A stretch of 61,305 bases of DNA, filler included. It is 3 parts of 3 records of this genome, joined end to end, with 100 filler letters (N's around TTAATTAATTAA, not from the genome) between each part and the next. Parts side by side here need not be neighbours in the genome. Positions count along the whole stretch, not along the records: positions 25,581 to 57,153 come from SRR20825010_852; 2 more parts are not named here. One strand, given 5' to 3'. The translations under genes were made by a program, and so were the position numbers. Shown piece by piece: positions 30,257 to 38,578 of the stretch (position 1 is the first letter of the stretch; each line of letters begins with the position of its first letter). The notes under the pieces were generated by a model that had not been told where the DNA came from, ran no database searches, and was given only the letters and a program-made list of their open reading frames with translations.

Positions 30257-31858
30257 ATGTCCGCACAAGAGAAACTGACCGCCAACGTGGTGGTAGACAC
30301 AAACCCCGCCACCGGCACCGCCGTGGCCGAACTGAGCGAAACCAACCTGGAAGCCTTGCCACAAATGCTGGCAAAAGCTCGCGAAGCGCAAGCCATCTGG
30401 GCGGCCAAGTCCTTCAAGGAACGGGCTCGCCACATTCAGATGATGCGCAGCTACATCGTCGATCGTGCCGACGACCTGGCGCGCACCGTCAGCGAAAGCA
30501 ACGGCAAAACCCTCACCGATGCCCTGGCCACCGAAGTGCTGCCCTGTGCACTGGCCTGTAAATGGTATGCAAAAAACGCCGAGCATTATCTTAAAGAGCG
30601 CAATCGTCCCGCCGGCAGCATCCTGTTCTTCAACAAGCGCACGCACATGTTGCGGGTACCGCTGGGTGTAGTGGGCATCATCAGCCCCTGGAACTATCCG
30701 TTGTCGATTCCCTTCGGAGAAATCGTCATGGCCTTGATGGCCGGCAATGGTGTCATGCTGAAAGTGGCCGCTGCCACCCCGGCAGTGGGCCGCGCCATCG
30801 AGAAAATCGTCGCCGCCGGTGAATTACCGGAAGGTCTGTTCCAGCACATCGTTGGCTCTGGCTCAAAGGTCGCCACCGGCTTTTTCGATAACGGTATCGA
30901 CAAGCTGTTTTTCACCGGCTCCGTGCCGGCAGGCAAAACGTTGATGGCCCAGGCCGCGCAAACCCTGACACCGGTTTCCCTGGAGCTGGGCGGTAACGAC
31001 CCCATGCTGGTTCTGGAAGACGCAGATCTTGAGCGAGCCACCAACGGCGCCGCCTGGGGCGGCTACCAGAATGCCGGGCAAAGCTGTGGCGGCGTGGAGC
31101 GCGTTTATGTGGTGGATGCGGTGTACGACCAGTTCGTGGAGCTGCTGGCCAAGAAAACCCGTCAGCTGCGTCACGGCATCGGCTGCAGCGGTTTCGATGT
31201 GGATATCGGCAGCCTGACCACCGCTGGCCAGCTGCGCACCGTGCAACAGCACGTGGAAGATGCGCTGGCCAAAGGCGCCCGCATCGAAGCCCAGTCACGC
31301 CCGGTAGGCAACGTGGAGAACGGCTTCTTCTTTCCCGCCACCCTGCTCACCCAGGTCACCGACGACATGCTCACCCTGTGCGAGGAAACCTTCGGGCCGT
31401 TGATTGCCGTGCAACGTGTGGCCAATGAAGAAGAAGCCATCCGCAAGGCCAATGATTCCAACCTGGCGCTCACCTCCTCGGTGTGGACCAAAGACAACAA
31501 ACGCGGTCGCGCCATCGCCGCACGACTGCAAACCGGTGTCACCACGGTGAACGATCACCTCTATAGTCACGGCCTCTCCGAAACCCCCTGGGGTGGCTGG
31601 AAAGAATCCGGCATTGGCCGTACCCACGGCCCTGAGGGGCTGGAAGAGATGACCCAGGCGAAAGTGGTCAACTGGGATATTCTGCCGTCCAAGCGCAATA
31701 TCTTTTGGTACCCGTTTGACGAAGCCACCTACAACGGCATCAAAAACGCCCTGCTATTCGTCTTCCCGTCCAGCATTGGCCAGTGGCTAGGCGCCTCATT
31801 GAAACTCACGCCCTTCCTGGTGAAGAAAATGTTCACCGGCTGGAAAACCGGCGACTGA
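30257..31858 (+). CDS. Aldehyde dehydrogenase family protein
   Basis: SPWNYP, FTGS, LELGGND, NAGQSC (catalytic Cys), EETFGP and GGWKESG. Confidence 0.93.
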   Translation: MSAQEKLTANVVVDTNPATGTAVAELSETNLEALPQMLAKAREAQAIWAAKSFKERARHIQMMRSYIVDRADDLARTVSESNGKTLTDALATEVLPCALACKWYAKNAEHYLKERNRPAGSILFFNKRTHMLRVPLGVVGIISPWNYPLSIPFGEIVMALMAGNGVMLKVAAATPAVGRAIEKIVAAGELPEGLFQHIVGSGSKVATGFFDNGIDKLFFTGSVPAGKTLMAQAAQTLTPVSLELGGNDPMLVLEDADLERATNGAAWGGYQNAGQSCGGVERVYVVDAVYDQFVELLAKKTRQLRHGIGCSGFDVDIGSLTTAGQLRTVQQHVEDALAKGARIEAQSRPVGNVENGFFFPATLLTQVTDDMLTLCEETFGPLIAVQRVANEEEAIRKANDSNLALTSSVWTKDNKRGRAIAARLQTGVTTVNDHLYSHGLSETPWGGWKESGIGRTHGPEGLEEMTQAKVVNWDILPSKRNIFWYPFDEATYNGIKNALLFVFPSSIGQWLGASLKLTPFLVKKMFTGWKTGD

Positions 31859-31892
31859 ACCCCTGGTGCCGCCTGGTGCCAGCGGCAAAACC

Positions 31893-31906
31893 TTGACCTG
31901 CATCAG
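31893..31906 (+). promoter_or_regulatory. FNR/Anr-like box
   Basis: TTGAC-CTGC-ATCAG versus consensus TTGAT-N4-ATCAA (8/10), 55 nt upstream of the small ORF. Confidence 0.55.
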
Positions 31907-31961
31907 CGTCACCCTCCCTGTACCTGTCATGCTGGAACGACAGGCACAGGGAGGATTTTTT

Positions 31962-32096
31962 ATGTATATGGATTCCGTGGTATTGGCAGGCATTGCCGTT
32001 ATTGCCGGCATTTTGCTGTTCGCGGGCTGCTTTGCCCTGTTTATCTGGCTCGACTCAGGTAATGAAGAGGGCTCGTCACAACATGAAAAAGACTGA
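31962..32096 (+). CDS. ccoM: CcoM-like cbb3 oxidase-associated small membrane protein (44 aa)
   Basis: MYMDSVVLAG...FALFIWLDS resembles the Pseudomonas CcoM pattern (MxxDxVVxAG...FIWxDS); GGGAGG SD at 31949-31954. Confidence 0.65.
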   Translation: MYMDSVVLAGIAVIAGILLFAGCFALFIWLDSGNEEGSSQHEKD

Positions 32097-32111
32097 CAGG
32101 AAAAAGCGTTC

Positions 32112-32139
32112 GGCGGAAATGGGCGCGCCCATTTCCGCC
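32112..32139. terminator. Perfect palindrome between convergent genes
   Basis: GGCGGAAATGGGC-GC-GCCCATTTCCGCC. Confidence 0.6.
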
Positions 32140-32152
32140 CCGGCAATAACAG

Positions 32153-33019
32153 TCAGAGCGCATCCAGCCAGTCCTGGGAGGGGGCATACCACCAGGACCC
32201 CATCACCGGGCGAGTGAAGTCCAACAAACGGTCCTTGACCGAATCATCAGCGATGCCATACATACGACGCAGCAAGAAATCATAACGGTCCAGTTCGCAA
32301 CAAAACGCCAGGAAGTACAAACCATGCTGGCCGCTGTCACCGTAAGGAACCGACCGACGCCACATTTTCTGCGCTACCCCATCGCGATCCACATCCACCC
32401 GTCCCACGTGGGCATCCGTGGGCATGCGGTCTTCATCGAACTCCACCGCATCTTCCTTGGTCCGGCCAATCACGTTTTCTTGATCACTGACCGGTAGCTG
32501 GTTGAATTTGCCCAGATCGTGAATCCATTTCTGGGTCAGCACCCAGCTACCGCCCGCGCCGGGGTGCGGCTCAGCAATAAAGGCCGCCTGTTCCGCCTTT
32601 TCTCCGGTGGGGTTGCCGATGCCATCCACAAACCCAGTCAAATCACGCATGTCGTGATACACAAAGGCGGTTAGCTCAAGCTGGGTCGCGAGCAGGTCAC
32701 CCACTGCCTGGCGTACCTGCATGGTGGTATCGAACAGGTCTCCCGCCTCCCGGGCTTGCACCCACACCCACAAATCTCCCTGGGTGGCCGGAATGTGCCC
32801 CTCCAAAGAAAAGGGGGGGAAACTGAAGCGGGAATCAAAGCACGCCCAGAGATCCGGCCCGAAACCCAGCAAAACCGGGGTCTTCTCACTCTTCAGCGTA
32901 ACCAGATCACGCAGAGCCTGGCGCAGTGACTCGGTCTTGTGGCCACTGCCAAGACTGAACTCGAAAAACACATGATGGGCATAACTGCGGTCAAAAATAC
33001 CGGATTGCGGTGTCGACAC
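32153..33019 (-). CDS. DyP-type peroxidase
   Basis: RDLTGFVDGIGNP (GxxDG), IGRTK, DAHVGR (proximal His) and RRSVPYG. GTG start at 33019 follows an AAGGAG SD. Confidence 0.92.
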   Translation of the reverse strand: MSTPQSGIFDRSYAHHVFFEFSLGSGHKTESLRQALRDLVTLKSEKTPVLLGFGPDLWACFDSRFSFPPFSLEGHIPATQGDLWVWVQAREAGDLFDTTMQVRQAVGDLLATQLELTAFVYHDMRDLTGFVDGIGNPTGEKAEQAAFIAEPHPGAGGSWVLTQKWIHDLGKFNQLPVSDQENVIGRTKEDAVEFDEDRMPTDAHVGRVDVDRDGVAQKMWRRSVPYGDSGQHGLYFLAFCCELDRYDFLLRRMYGIADDSVKDRLLDFTRPVMGSWWYAPSQDWLDAL

Positions 33020-33212
33020 CGGAGGCTCCTTCACTCTGTCCATGGCGGGGAATAATTCCCACAATTATAGCAGGTCGAATCAGCGCCGGCCCCTGCCATA
33101 CGCTCGTTGTCGTCCAGTCGCAGCAATTTTGAAACAAATTGAAATATCCGCTGGTGTTCCGGACTCAGGGCTTTCGATACACTTGGCTCACATTCGTTAA
33201 CTGTATCCGACT

Positions 33213-35714
33213 ATGACACCTTGGCTTGGCCTGGATCGACTAGGTTTCTTTCTCATACGCGTATTTTTACGCCTGTGCACCCGCGCCAATGCGCTCCCTT
33301 CTGATCCCAAGGAACTGCAGCTTGCTGCCAACACCCCGGTGGTCTATGTACTCAGCGACCGCTCTGCTGCCGATGCGGCCGTGGCCGACCAGACCGCCCG
33401 CCAGCTGGGGCTCTCTTCAGCCCTGCGCGGCCTGACGCTGGGAAAGACACACCTCAATCACAGTTATTTTCAGCTTTACCGCCGCCAACTGGGTAACCGC
33501 CGTCAGCGCCGGGCGGTGTCCCCTCCCCGGCTGGAGAAGCTGGTTGCGGCCCTGCGCGCCAACCCGGAAGCCGATGTACAGCTGGTGCCCGTGTCCGTGT
33601 TCTGGGGCCGCCGCCCGGAGAAAGAAAACTCCATGTGGCGCATCCTGTTTTCAGATAACTGGTCCCCGGCCGGCTTTATCAAGAAGTTCTTCATCATCAT
33701 TACCCAGGGCCGCCAGCTGTACGTTCAATTCAGCCGCCCCATGTCCTTGCGCACCCTGGTTGACCAGTGCCCCAAAGACGACCAGGCAGTGCGCAAAGCA
33801 TCGCGTATCCTGCGGGTACACTTCCGCCGTCAGCAGGAAGCGGCCATCGGGCCAGATCTGTCCCACCGCCGCACCCTCACCAACACCGTGGTGGATTCCA
33901 TTCCCGTGCGTGATGTCATCCGCGCGGAAGCCAAACGCCAGGATATCAGTGAAGAAAAGCTGGAAGCGAAAGCCCGCAGCTACGTGATGGAAATCGCGGC
34001 GGATTACTCGCATACGGTGATTCGTTTTCTGGAGTTGCTACTGAACTGGGTATGGAACCGTTTATACGGCGGGATTCGTCTGTACAACATGGACAACCTG
34101 ACCAAGGTCGCCGGTGATCATGAAATTATCTACGTGCCCTGCCACCGCAGTCATATCGATTACCTGTTACTGTCTTTCGTGATGTTCCGCAATGGTCTGG
34201 TGCCGCCGCACATTGCCGCCGGCATCAATTTGAACCTGCCCATTGTCGGTACCATTCTGCGACGCGGGGGCGCCTTCTTCATGCGTCGCAGCTTCCGTGA
34301 CAATCCTTTGTATGCCGCCGTGTTCAGCGAATATCTGCACACCATTACAGCGCGCGGTTTTTCCATCGAATATTTCGTGGAAGGCGGCCGCAGCCGCAGT
34401 GGTCGCATGCTCAAGCCTCGTACCGGCATGCTGGCCATGACCGTACGCAGTTTCCTGCGTGATTCACGTAAACCCATTGCCTTTGTGCCCGTCTATGTGG
34501 GCTACGAAAAAGTCATCGAAGCCGGTTCCTATATCGGCGAACTGCATGGCAAGAAAAAACAGAAAGAATCCGTGGGCGGGCTGATGAAGTCCCTGGCTGT
34601 CCTGCGCAGCCACTTTGGCCAGGTGCACCTGAATTTCGGTGAACCCATCAAACTGGTGGATTACCTGGATCAACACAATCCGAAGTGGCGCAACGAAACC
34701 GTGGCGGCTGGGGACAATCCCCCCTGGTTTAAACATGCGGTGGAAGAGCTGGGTCAGGAAGTGGTGGAATCCATCAATGCCGCCGCCGTGGCCAACCCGA
34801 TTAACCTGCTCAGCCTGGCATTACTGGCATCACCGAAACACACCATGGATATTGCCCAGCTTCGTCAGCAGCTGGATCTGTATATTTCCCTGCTCAAACA
34901 GGCGCCCTACAGCGACAGCGCCGCCCTCGCCACCGACGATGCCAATGCCATTATCGAGTACGGTCTGGAGCACGACTTCCTCGACCGGATCGAACACAAG
35001 CTGGGCGACGTGGTGACCACCGATGAGAAGACCGCTCTGCAGATGGCCTACGTGCGCAACAACAGCCTGCACCTGTTCATTCTCCCCGGGCTGATCTGCT
35101 CGTTGGTGATGAATGCACGCTCCATCAGCATGGATGTGCTGCAAAGCATGGTGCGTCTGCTCTACCCCTTCCTGCGTAACGAATACTTCCTCCATTGGCA
35201 GGACGATGAAGAGCTGGCGGCTGCCGTCAACAACATCGTCACCGTACTGCAGCAAGAACAACTGATCGGCCGTGAAAATGACTACCTGCATGGCGCCGCA
35301 ATTCACACCCATGAATCAGACATGCTCGATCATCTCGGTCAAACAGTGATGCCTTCCCTTGAGCGTTACTACCTGACCATCCGGCTGCTGGTGCAATACG
35401 GTTCCGGCATGCTCACTGCCGAACAGCTGAGTGAGCTGGCTCATCAAACTGCACAGCGGCTTTCATTGCTGTATGAATTCAACTCCCCCGAGTTCTTCGA
35501 TAAGGTGGTACTGAAGAACTTTATCGCCCAGCTTTATTCCACTGGCCTGGTGACACCTGATGACAGCGGCGCACTGGCGTTTGGCGAAAAACTGGAAGCG
35601 CTGGATGACGAAGCCAATCGCATCCTCAGCCCGGATATCAGTGACGCGATTCAGCGCGTCACTCGAGTCACCAACCTGGGCAATCTGGTCACCGCATCAC
35701 CGGACGCATCGTAA
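33213..35714 (+). CDS. plsB: Glycerol-3-phosphate 1-O-acyltransferase
   Basis: PCHRSHIDY (HxxxxD), AAGINL, GAFFMRR, FVEGGRSRSG and PEFFDK. Confidence 0.95.
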   Translation: MTPWLGLDRLGFFLIRVFLRLCTRANALPSDPKELQLAANTPVVYVLSDRSAADAAVADQTARQLGLSSALRGLTLGKTHLNHSYFQLYRRQLGNRRQRRAVSPPRLEKLVAALRANPEADVQLVPVSVFWGRRPEKENSMWRILFSDNWSPAGFIKKFFIIITQGRQLYVQFSRPMSLRTLVDQCPKDDQAVRKASRILRVHFRRQQEAAIGPDLSHRRTLTNTVVDSIPVRDVIRAEAKRQDISEEKLEAKARSYVMEIAADYSHTVIRFLELLLNWVWNRLYGGIRLYNMDNLTKVAGDHEIIYVPCHRSHIDYLLLSFVMFRNGLVPPHIAAGINLNLPIVGTILRRGGAFFMRRSFRDNPLYAAVFSEYLHTITARGFSIEYFVEGGRSRSGRMLKPRTGMLAMTVRSFLRDSRKPIAFVPVYVGYEKVIEAGSYIGELHGKKKQKESVGGLMKSLAVLRSHFGQVHLNFGEPIKLVDYLDQHNPKWRNETVAAGDNPPWFKHAVEELGQEVVESINAAAVANPINLLSLALLASPKHTMDIAQLRQQLDLYISLLKQAPYSDSAALATDDANAIIEYGLEHDFLDRIEHKLGDVVTTDEKTALQMAYVRNNSLHLFILPGLICSLVMNARSISMDVLQSMVRLLYPFLRNEYFLHWQDDEELAAAVNNIVTVLQQEQLIGRENDYLHGAAIHTHESDMLDHLGQTVMPSLERYYLTIRLLVQYGSGMLTAEQLSELAHQTAQRLSLLYEFNSPEFFDKVVLKNFIAQLYSTGLVTPDDSGALAFGEKLEALDDEANRILSPDISDAIQRVTRVTNLGNLVTASPDAS

Positions 35715-35801
35715 CCCCGGCGCCGGCCATCCTGGCCGGCGCTATGTACGTCCCGGGCGCTCGAAGTGGCTTATCACTCGGAAAAACGAAAAGAGAAAAC
35801 G

Positions 35802-35828
35802 CTAGGGAGCCTCTGAAAAGCTCCCTAG
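35802..35828. repeat. Short inverted repeat bounded by CTAG; IS5-end-like miniature
   Basis: CTAG-GGAGCCTCTGAAAAGCTCC-CTAG; supplies the rsmJ stop codon and resembles 57126-57146. Confidence 0.45.
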
Positions 35829-36568
35829 GGGCAGGTATAAATATCGAAACGCACAGCCTTGCCCTTTTGACTGAATGACGGGGTAACCCCGGCCAGATAG
35901 CCCGCCTTAACTGGCCGCTTCACCACCACACGGGCAGGTTCAAGCTCACGAGCCCACGCCAACAATAACTGCTCTTCATCGGCATCAGGATAAGCACAGA
36001 GACGTTGTAACCACTGTAGATCTTTCTTTACTGCTGCACTTTTTTCCCGGGCAGGAAACATGGGGTCTAGGTACACCGCGTGTAAGTCACTCCCCTGCCG
36101 GGTTCGACTGTCCTCACAGGCGAGCAGCTCCATGTTGGCAACCAAAGCAGCAGGCGCCCGTTGCAGGCCTTCAGCAAGCATCGCATGCAGAATGGGCGAA
36201 CGCTCAGCCAACAACACCTGAAACCCCGCTTGCGCCATCAGCGCGGCATCGCGACCCAGACCCGCCGTGGCATCCAGCACTCGAATACGGTCCTCTTTGG
36301 GCTTGCCCAACGCCTTGATCAAACGCTCGTGACGTACCCGCTCCGGCGTCAGCCGGTAACCCTGTTTGCCATCGCAAAAACTGACCGTAAGCGGCGTTTC
36401 CTTGCCCTGTGGTCGCCACAGGCTCAAACATTCATGGTGCCAGCCAAGCACCAGTTCCAGCTGGTCGGCACAGGCCTGAGCTTCGTCTTCCACGGCCCTG
36501 CCGGGCAGCCCTTCAGGGCAACCGGGCAGCAGCCCCAGCACGGTATCCAGAGACGCGTTCAGTGTCAT
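35825..36568 (-). CDS. rsmJ: 16S rRNA m2G1516 methyltransferase (RsmJ-like)
   Basis: VLDATAGLGRDA, ERSP, VYLDPMFP, RVVVKRP and RFDIY. Confidence 0.88.
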   Translation of the reverse strand: MTLNASLDTVLGLLPGCPEGLPGRAVEDEAQACADQLELVLGWHHECLSLWRPQGKETPLTVSFCDGKQGYRLTPERVRHERLIKALGKPKEDRIRVLDATAGLGRDAALMAQAGFQVLLAERSPILHAMLAEGLQRAPAALVANMELLACEDSRTRQGSDLHAVYLDPMFPAREKSAAVKKDLQWLQRLCAYPDADEEQLLLAWARELEPARVVVKRPVKAGYLAGVTPSFSQKGKAVRFDIYTCP

Positions 36569-37362
36569 GCCAGCCAGAACAACAGGGCCACGCCCAATAC
36601 CAGCCGGTAGACCACAAACGGCAGCATGCCAATGCGCTCCAGCAGGCGGATGAAGAACACAATGGTCAGGTAGGCCGTCACCGCGCTGACCAATACGCCC
36701 AGCGCCATCATTCCCCAGTCCACGACTATCTGCTGTTCGATCAGGTCTTTGGTTTTCAACAACCCGGCGCCCAGAATTACCGGAATGGAGAGCAAAAAGG
36801 AAAAGCGGGCCGCATCTTCACGGCGATACCCCAGAGCCAACGCGGCGGTAATGGTGATGCCGCTGCGCGAGGTGCCGGGGATGAGTGCCAGCGCCTGGGC
36901 CAGACCAATAAAAATCGCGCCGGCAATACCCAAACGAGCCAGTGAAAACTCACGCTTTCCGAACGCATCCGAAGCCCATAACAGCGCCCCGAATACCAAC
37001 GTAGTGATGGCAATCACCAGGGCCGAGCGTAACTCATGCTCAATGAAATCATCACCGAGAAATCCGAACACCACTGCCGGGATGGTCGCCAATACCACCA
37101 GCAGGCCCAGTTTAAGATCATCATTCATGCGGCGCTGCTGTACCGCCACACCGGCACCGCCCACCATGGCCACCAGGTCGCGACGGTAATACAGCATCAC
37201 TGCCAGCAAGGTGCCCAGATGCACCGCCACATCAAAAGCCAGCCCCTGATCGGGCCAGCCCAGAATCTGTGATGGAAGAATCAAGTGGGCGGAACTGGAG
37301 ATAGGGAGAAACTCGGTGAGCCCTTGTATCAGAGCAAGAACCAGAGCCTGAAACCAATCCAT
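36565..37362 (-). CDS. uppP: Undecaprenyl-diphosphate phosphatase
   Basis: QGLTEFLPISSSAH, PGTSRSG and ARFSFLLSIP. Confidence 0.96.
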   Translation of the reverse strand: MDWFQALVLALIQGLTEFLPISSSAHLILPSQILGWPDQGLAFDVAVHLGTLLAVMLYYRRDLVAMVGGAGVAVQQRRMNDDLKLGLLVVLATIPAVVFGFLGDDFIEHELRSALVIAITTLVFGALLWASDAFGKREFSLARLGIAGAIFIGLAQALALIPGTSRSGITITAALALGYRREDAARFSFLLSIPVILGAGLLKTKDLIEQQIVVDWGMMALGVLVSAVTAYLTIVFFIRLLERIGMLPFVVYRLVLGVALLFWLA

Positions 37363-37380
37363 GGAATGTCCTTGTTGAAT

Positions 37381-37473
37381 GAAACGTCAGTGACGAGTCA
37401 CGAGGTTCGAGGAGCGAAAATAAAAACCGGGTTGGTTTTTCGAAACTCGCTTCTCATCACTCGTAACGTTTTC
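37381..37473. repeat. Intergenic inverted repeat with 7-nt periodicity
   Basis: Left arm CGAG/CGAA at 37394, 37401, 37408, 37415; right arm TTCG/CTCG/CTCA/CTCG at 37439, 37446, 37453, 37460; central AAAAACC-GGGTT-GGTTTTT. Confidence 0.7.
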
Positions 37474-37907
37474 TATTCGTCAGCGGTTACCTTGTAGCCT
37501 TGCAAGAATTCCGCAGGCATACGGCGAGGCTTTCCAGAATCCAGCGCCACACACACCCAGCGAGTACGTCCGCGAAGCAAGGTGCGACCGTCAGATTCGC
37601 GCACAATCTGATAGCGACGGGTAATGCTGATCCGCTCATCATTATCAACAATCCAGGTGCCGATTCTCAGGTTTTCACCCTCAAAAGCCGGCGCCAGGTA
37701 ATCCACTTCCGTGTGGCGCGCCACCATGCCCCGGTTGAGCTTCTGGTACAGATCCCAGCCCAATCCCAGTTCGGTGGTGTGATGCCAGGCAATCTGTTCC
37801 ATGAAGCGCAGGTACTCGGTGTTGTTCACATGCCCCATCACATCAATGGCTTCGGCGGGTACGGTCACCGTCAGCTCATGCACATCGGGAAGGTCCCAGT
37901 TGATCAT
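37473..37907 (-). CDS. 4HBT/YbgC-type acyl-CoA thioesterase
   Basis: IDVMGHVNNTEY hotdog motif, DYLAPA and GKPRRMP. Confidence 0.9.
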   Translation of the reverse strand: MINWDLPDVHELTVTVPAEAIDVMGHVNNTEYLRFMEQIAWHHTTELGLGWDLYQKLNRGMVARHTEVDYLAPAFEGENLRIGTWIVDNDERISITRRYQIVRESDGRTLLRGRTRWVCVALDSGKPRRMPAEFLQGYKVTADE

Positions 37908-38578
37908 CGTACAGCTCCCTGAATCACTTGGTCTCGCAAATAGACTGGCTGCGCCTGTTCCGCACTGACACCCTCTCCGCGTTCGAATGCTGATAATGCC
38001 AGCTGGGCCACCGCTTTCGCATGGGGGTGGGCGTCAATAATGCAGCGGCTTGCGCCATAGGCCGCCACCAGCGCGTCCTGATAGACCAGCCCGGAACCGA
38101 TAATCATCCAGTCCGCCGACGGCAGATCCGGCAAGGCATCGGGGTTAAACAAGCCATCGTTGAGAATGGCACTGGCCGCGCCGTCCTCACACTCATAGGC
38201 GCCGAGATACAGCTCGCCCATACGTGCGTCGAAACAGGCAATCACATGGGAATGCGCCTGTATCGCCTGCGCACTGAGTGCGCAGGCCGCCAGGGTGGAA
38301 ATCCCCACCACCGGCAGGTCCGCCGAAAATGCCAGGCCCTGAGTCACCGCCGCCGCCACGCGCACGCCCGTGAACGCGCCCGGGCCATGACCGAAGGCAA
38401 TGCCATCAAGATCCTTCAACCGGACCCCGGCATCAGCCAGCAGCCCTTCGACCATTGGCAACACCAGCTCCGTCTGTCGCCGTGGCGCGTGTTCAAAACG
38501 TTCGATCACATTGCCATCGTCCAGCAACGCCACCGAGCAGGTTTCGCCTGCGGTTTCCAGTGCGAGTATGCGCGTCAT
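37904..38578 (-). CDS. tsaB: tRNA threonylcarbamoyladenosine biosynthesis protein TsaB
   Basis: LALETA, GPGAFTGVR, DARMGE and PVYLR. Confidence 0.94.
   Translation of the reverse strand: MTRILALETAGETCSVALLDDGNVIERFEHAPRRQTELVLPMVEGLLADAGVRLKDLDGIAFGHGPGAFTGVRVAAAVTQGLAFSADLPVVGISTLAACALSAQAIQAHSHVIACFDARMGELYLGAYECEDGAASAILNDGLFNPDALPDLPSADWMIIGSGLVYQDALVAAYGASRCIIDAHPHAKAVAQLALSAFERGEGVSAEQAQPVYLRDQVIQGAVR

Noticed and set aside
32153..33019. DyP as encapsulin cargo
   Set aside because: No C-terminal targeting peptide (the protein ends QDWLDAL) and no encapsulin gene nearby.
37381..37473. Periodic repeat as a CRISPR array
   Set aside because: The unit is 7 nt, with no 23-47 nt repeats, no spacers and no cas genes in the window.
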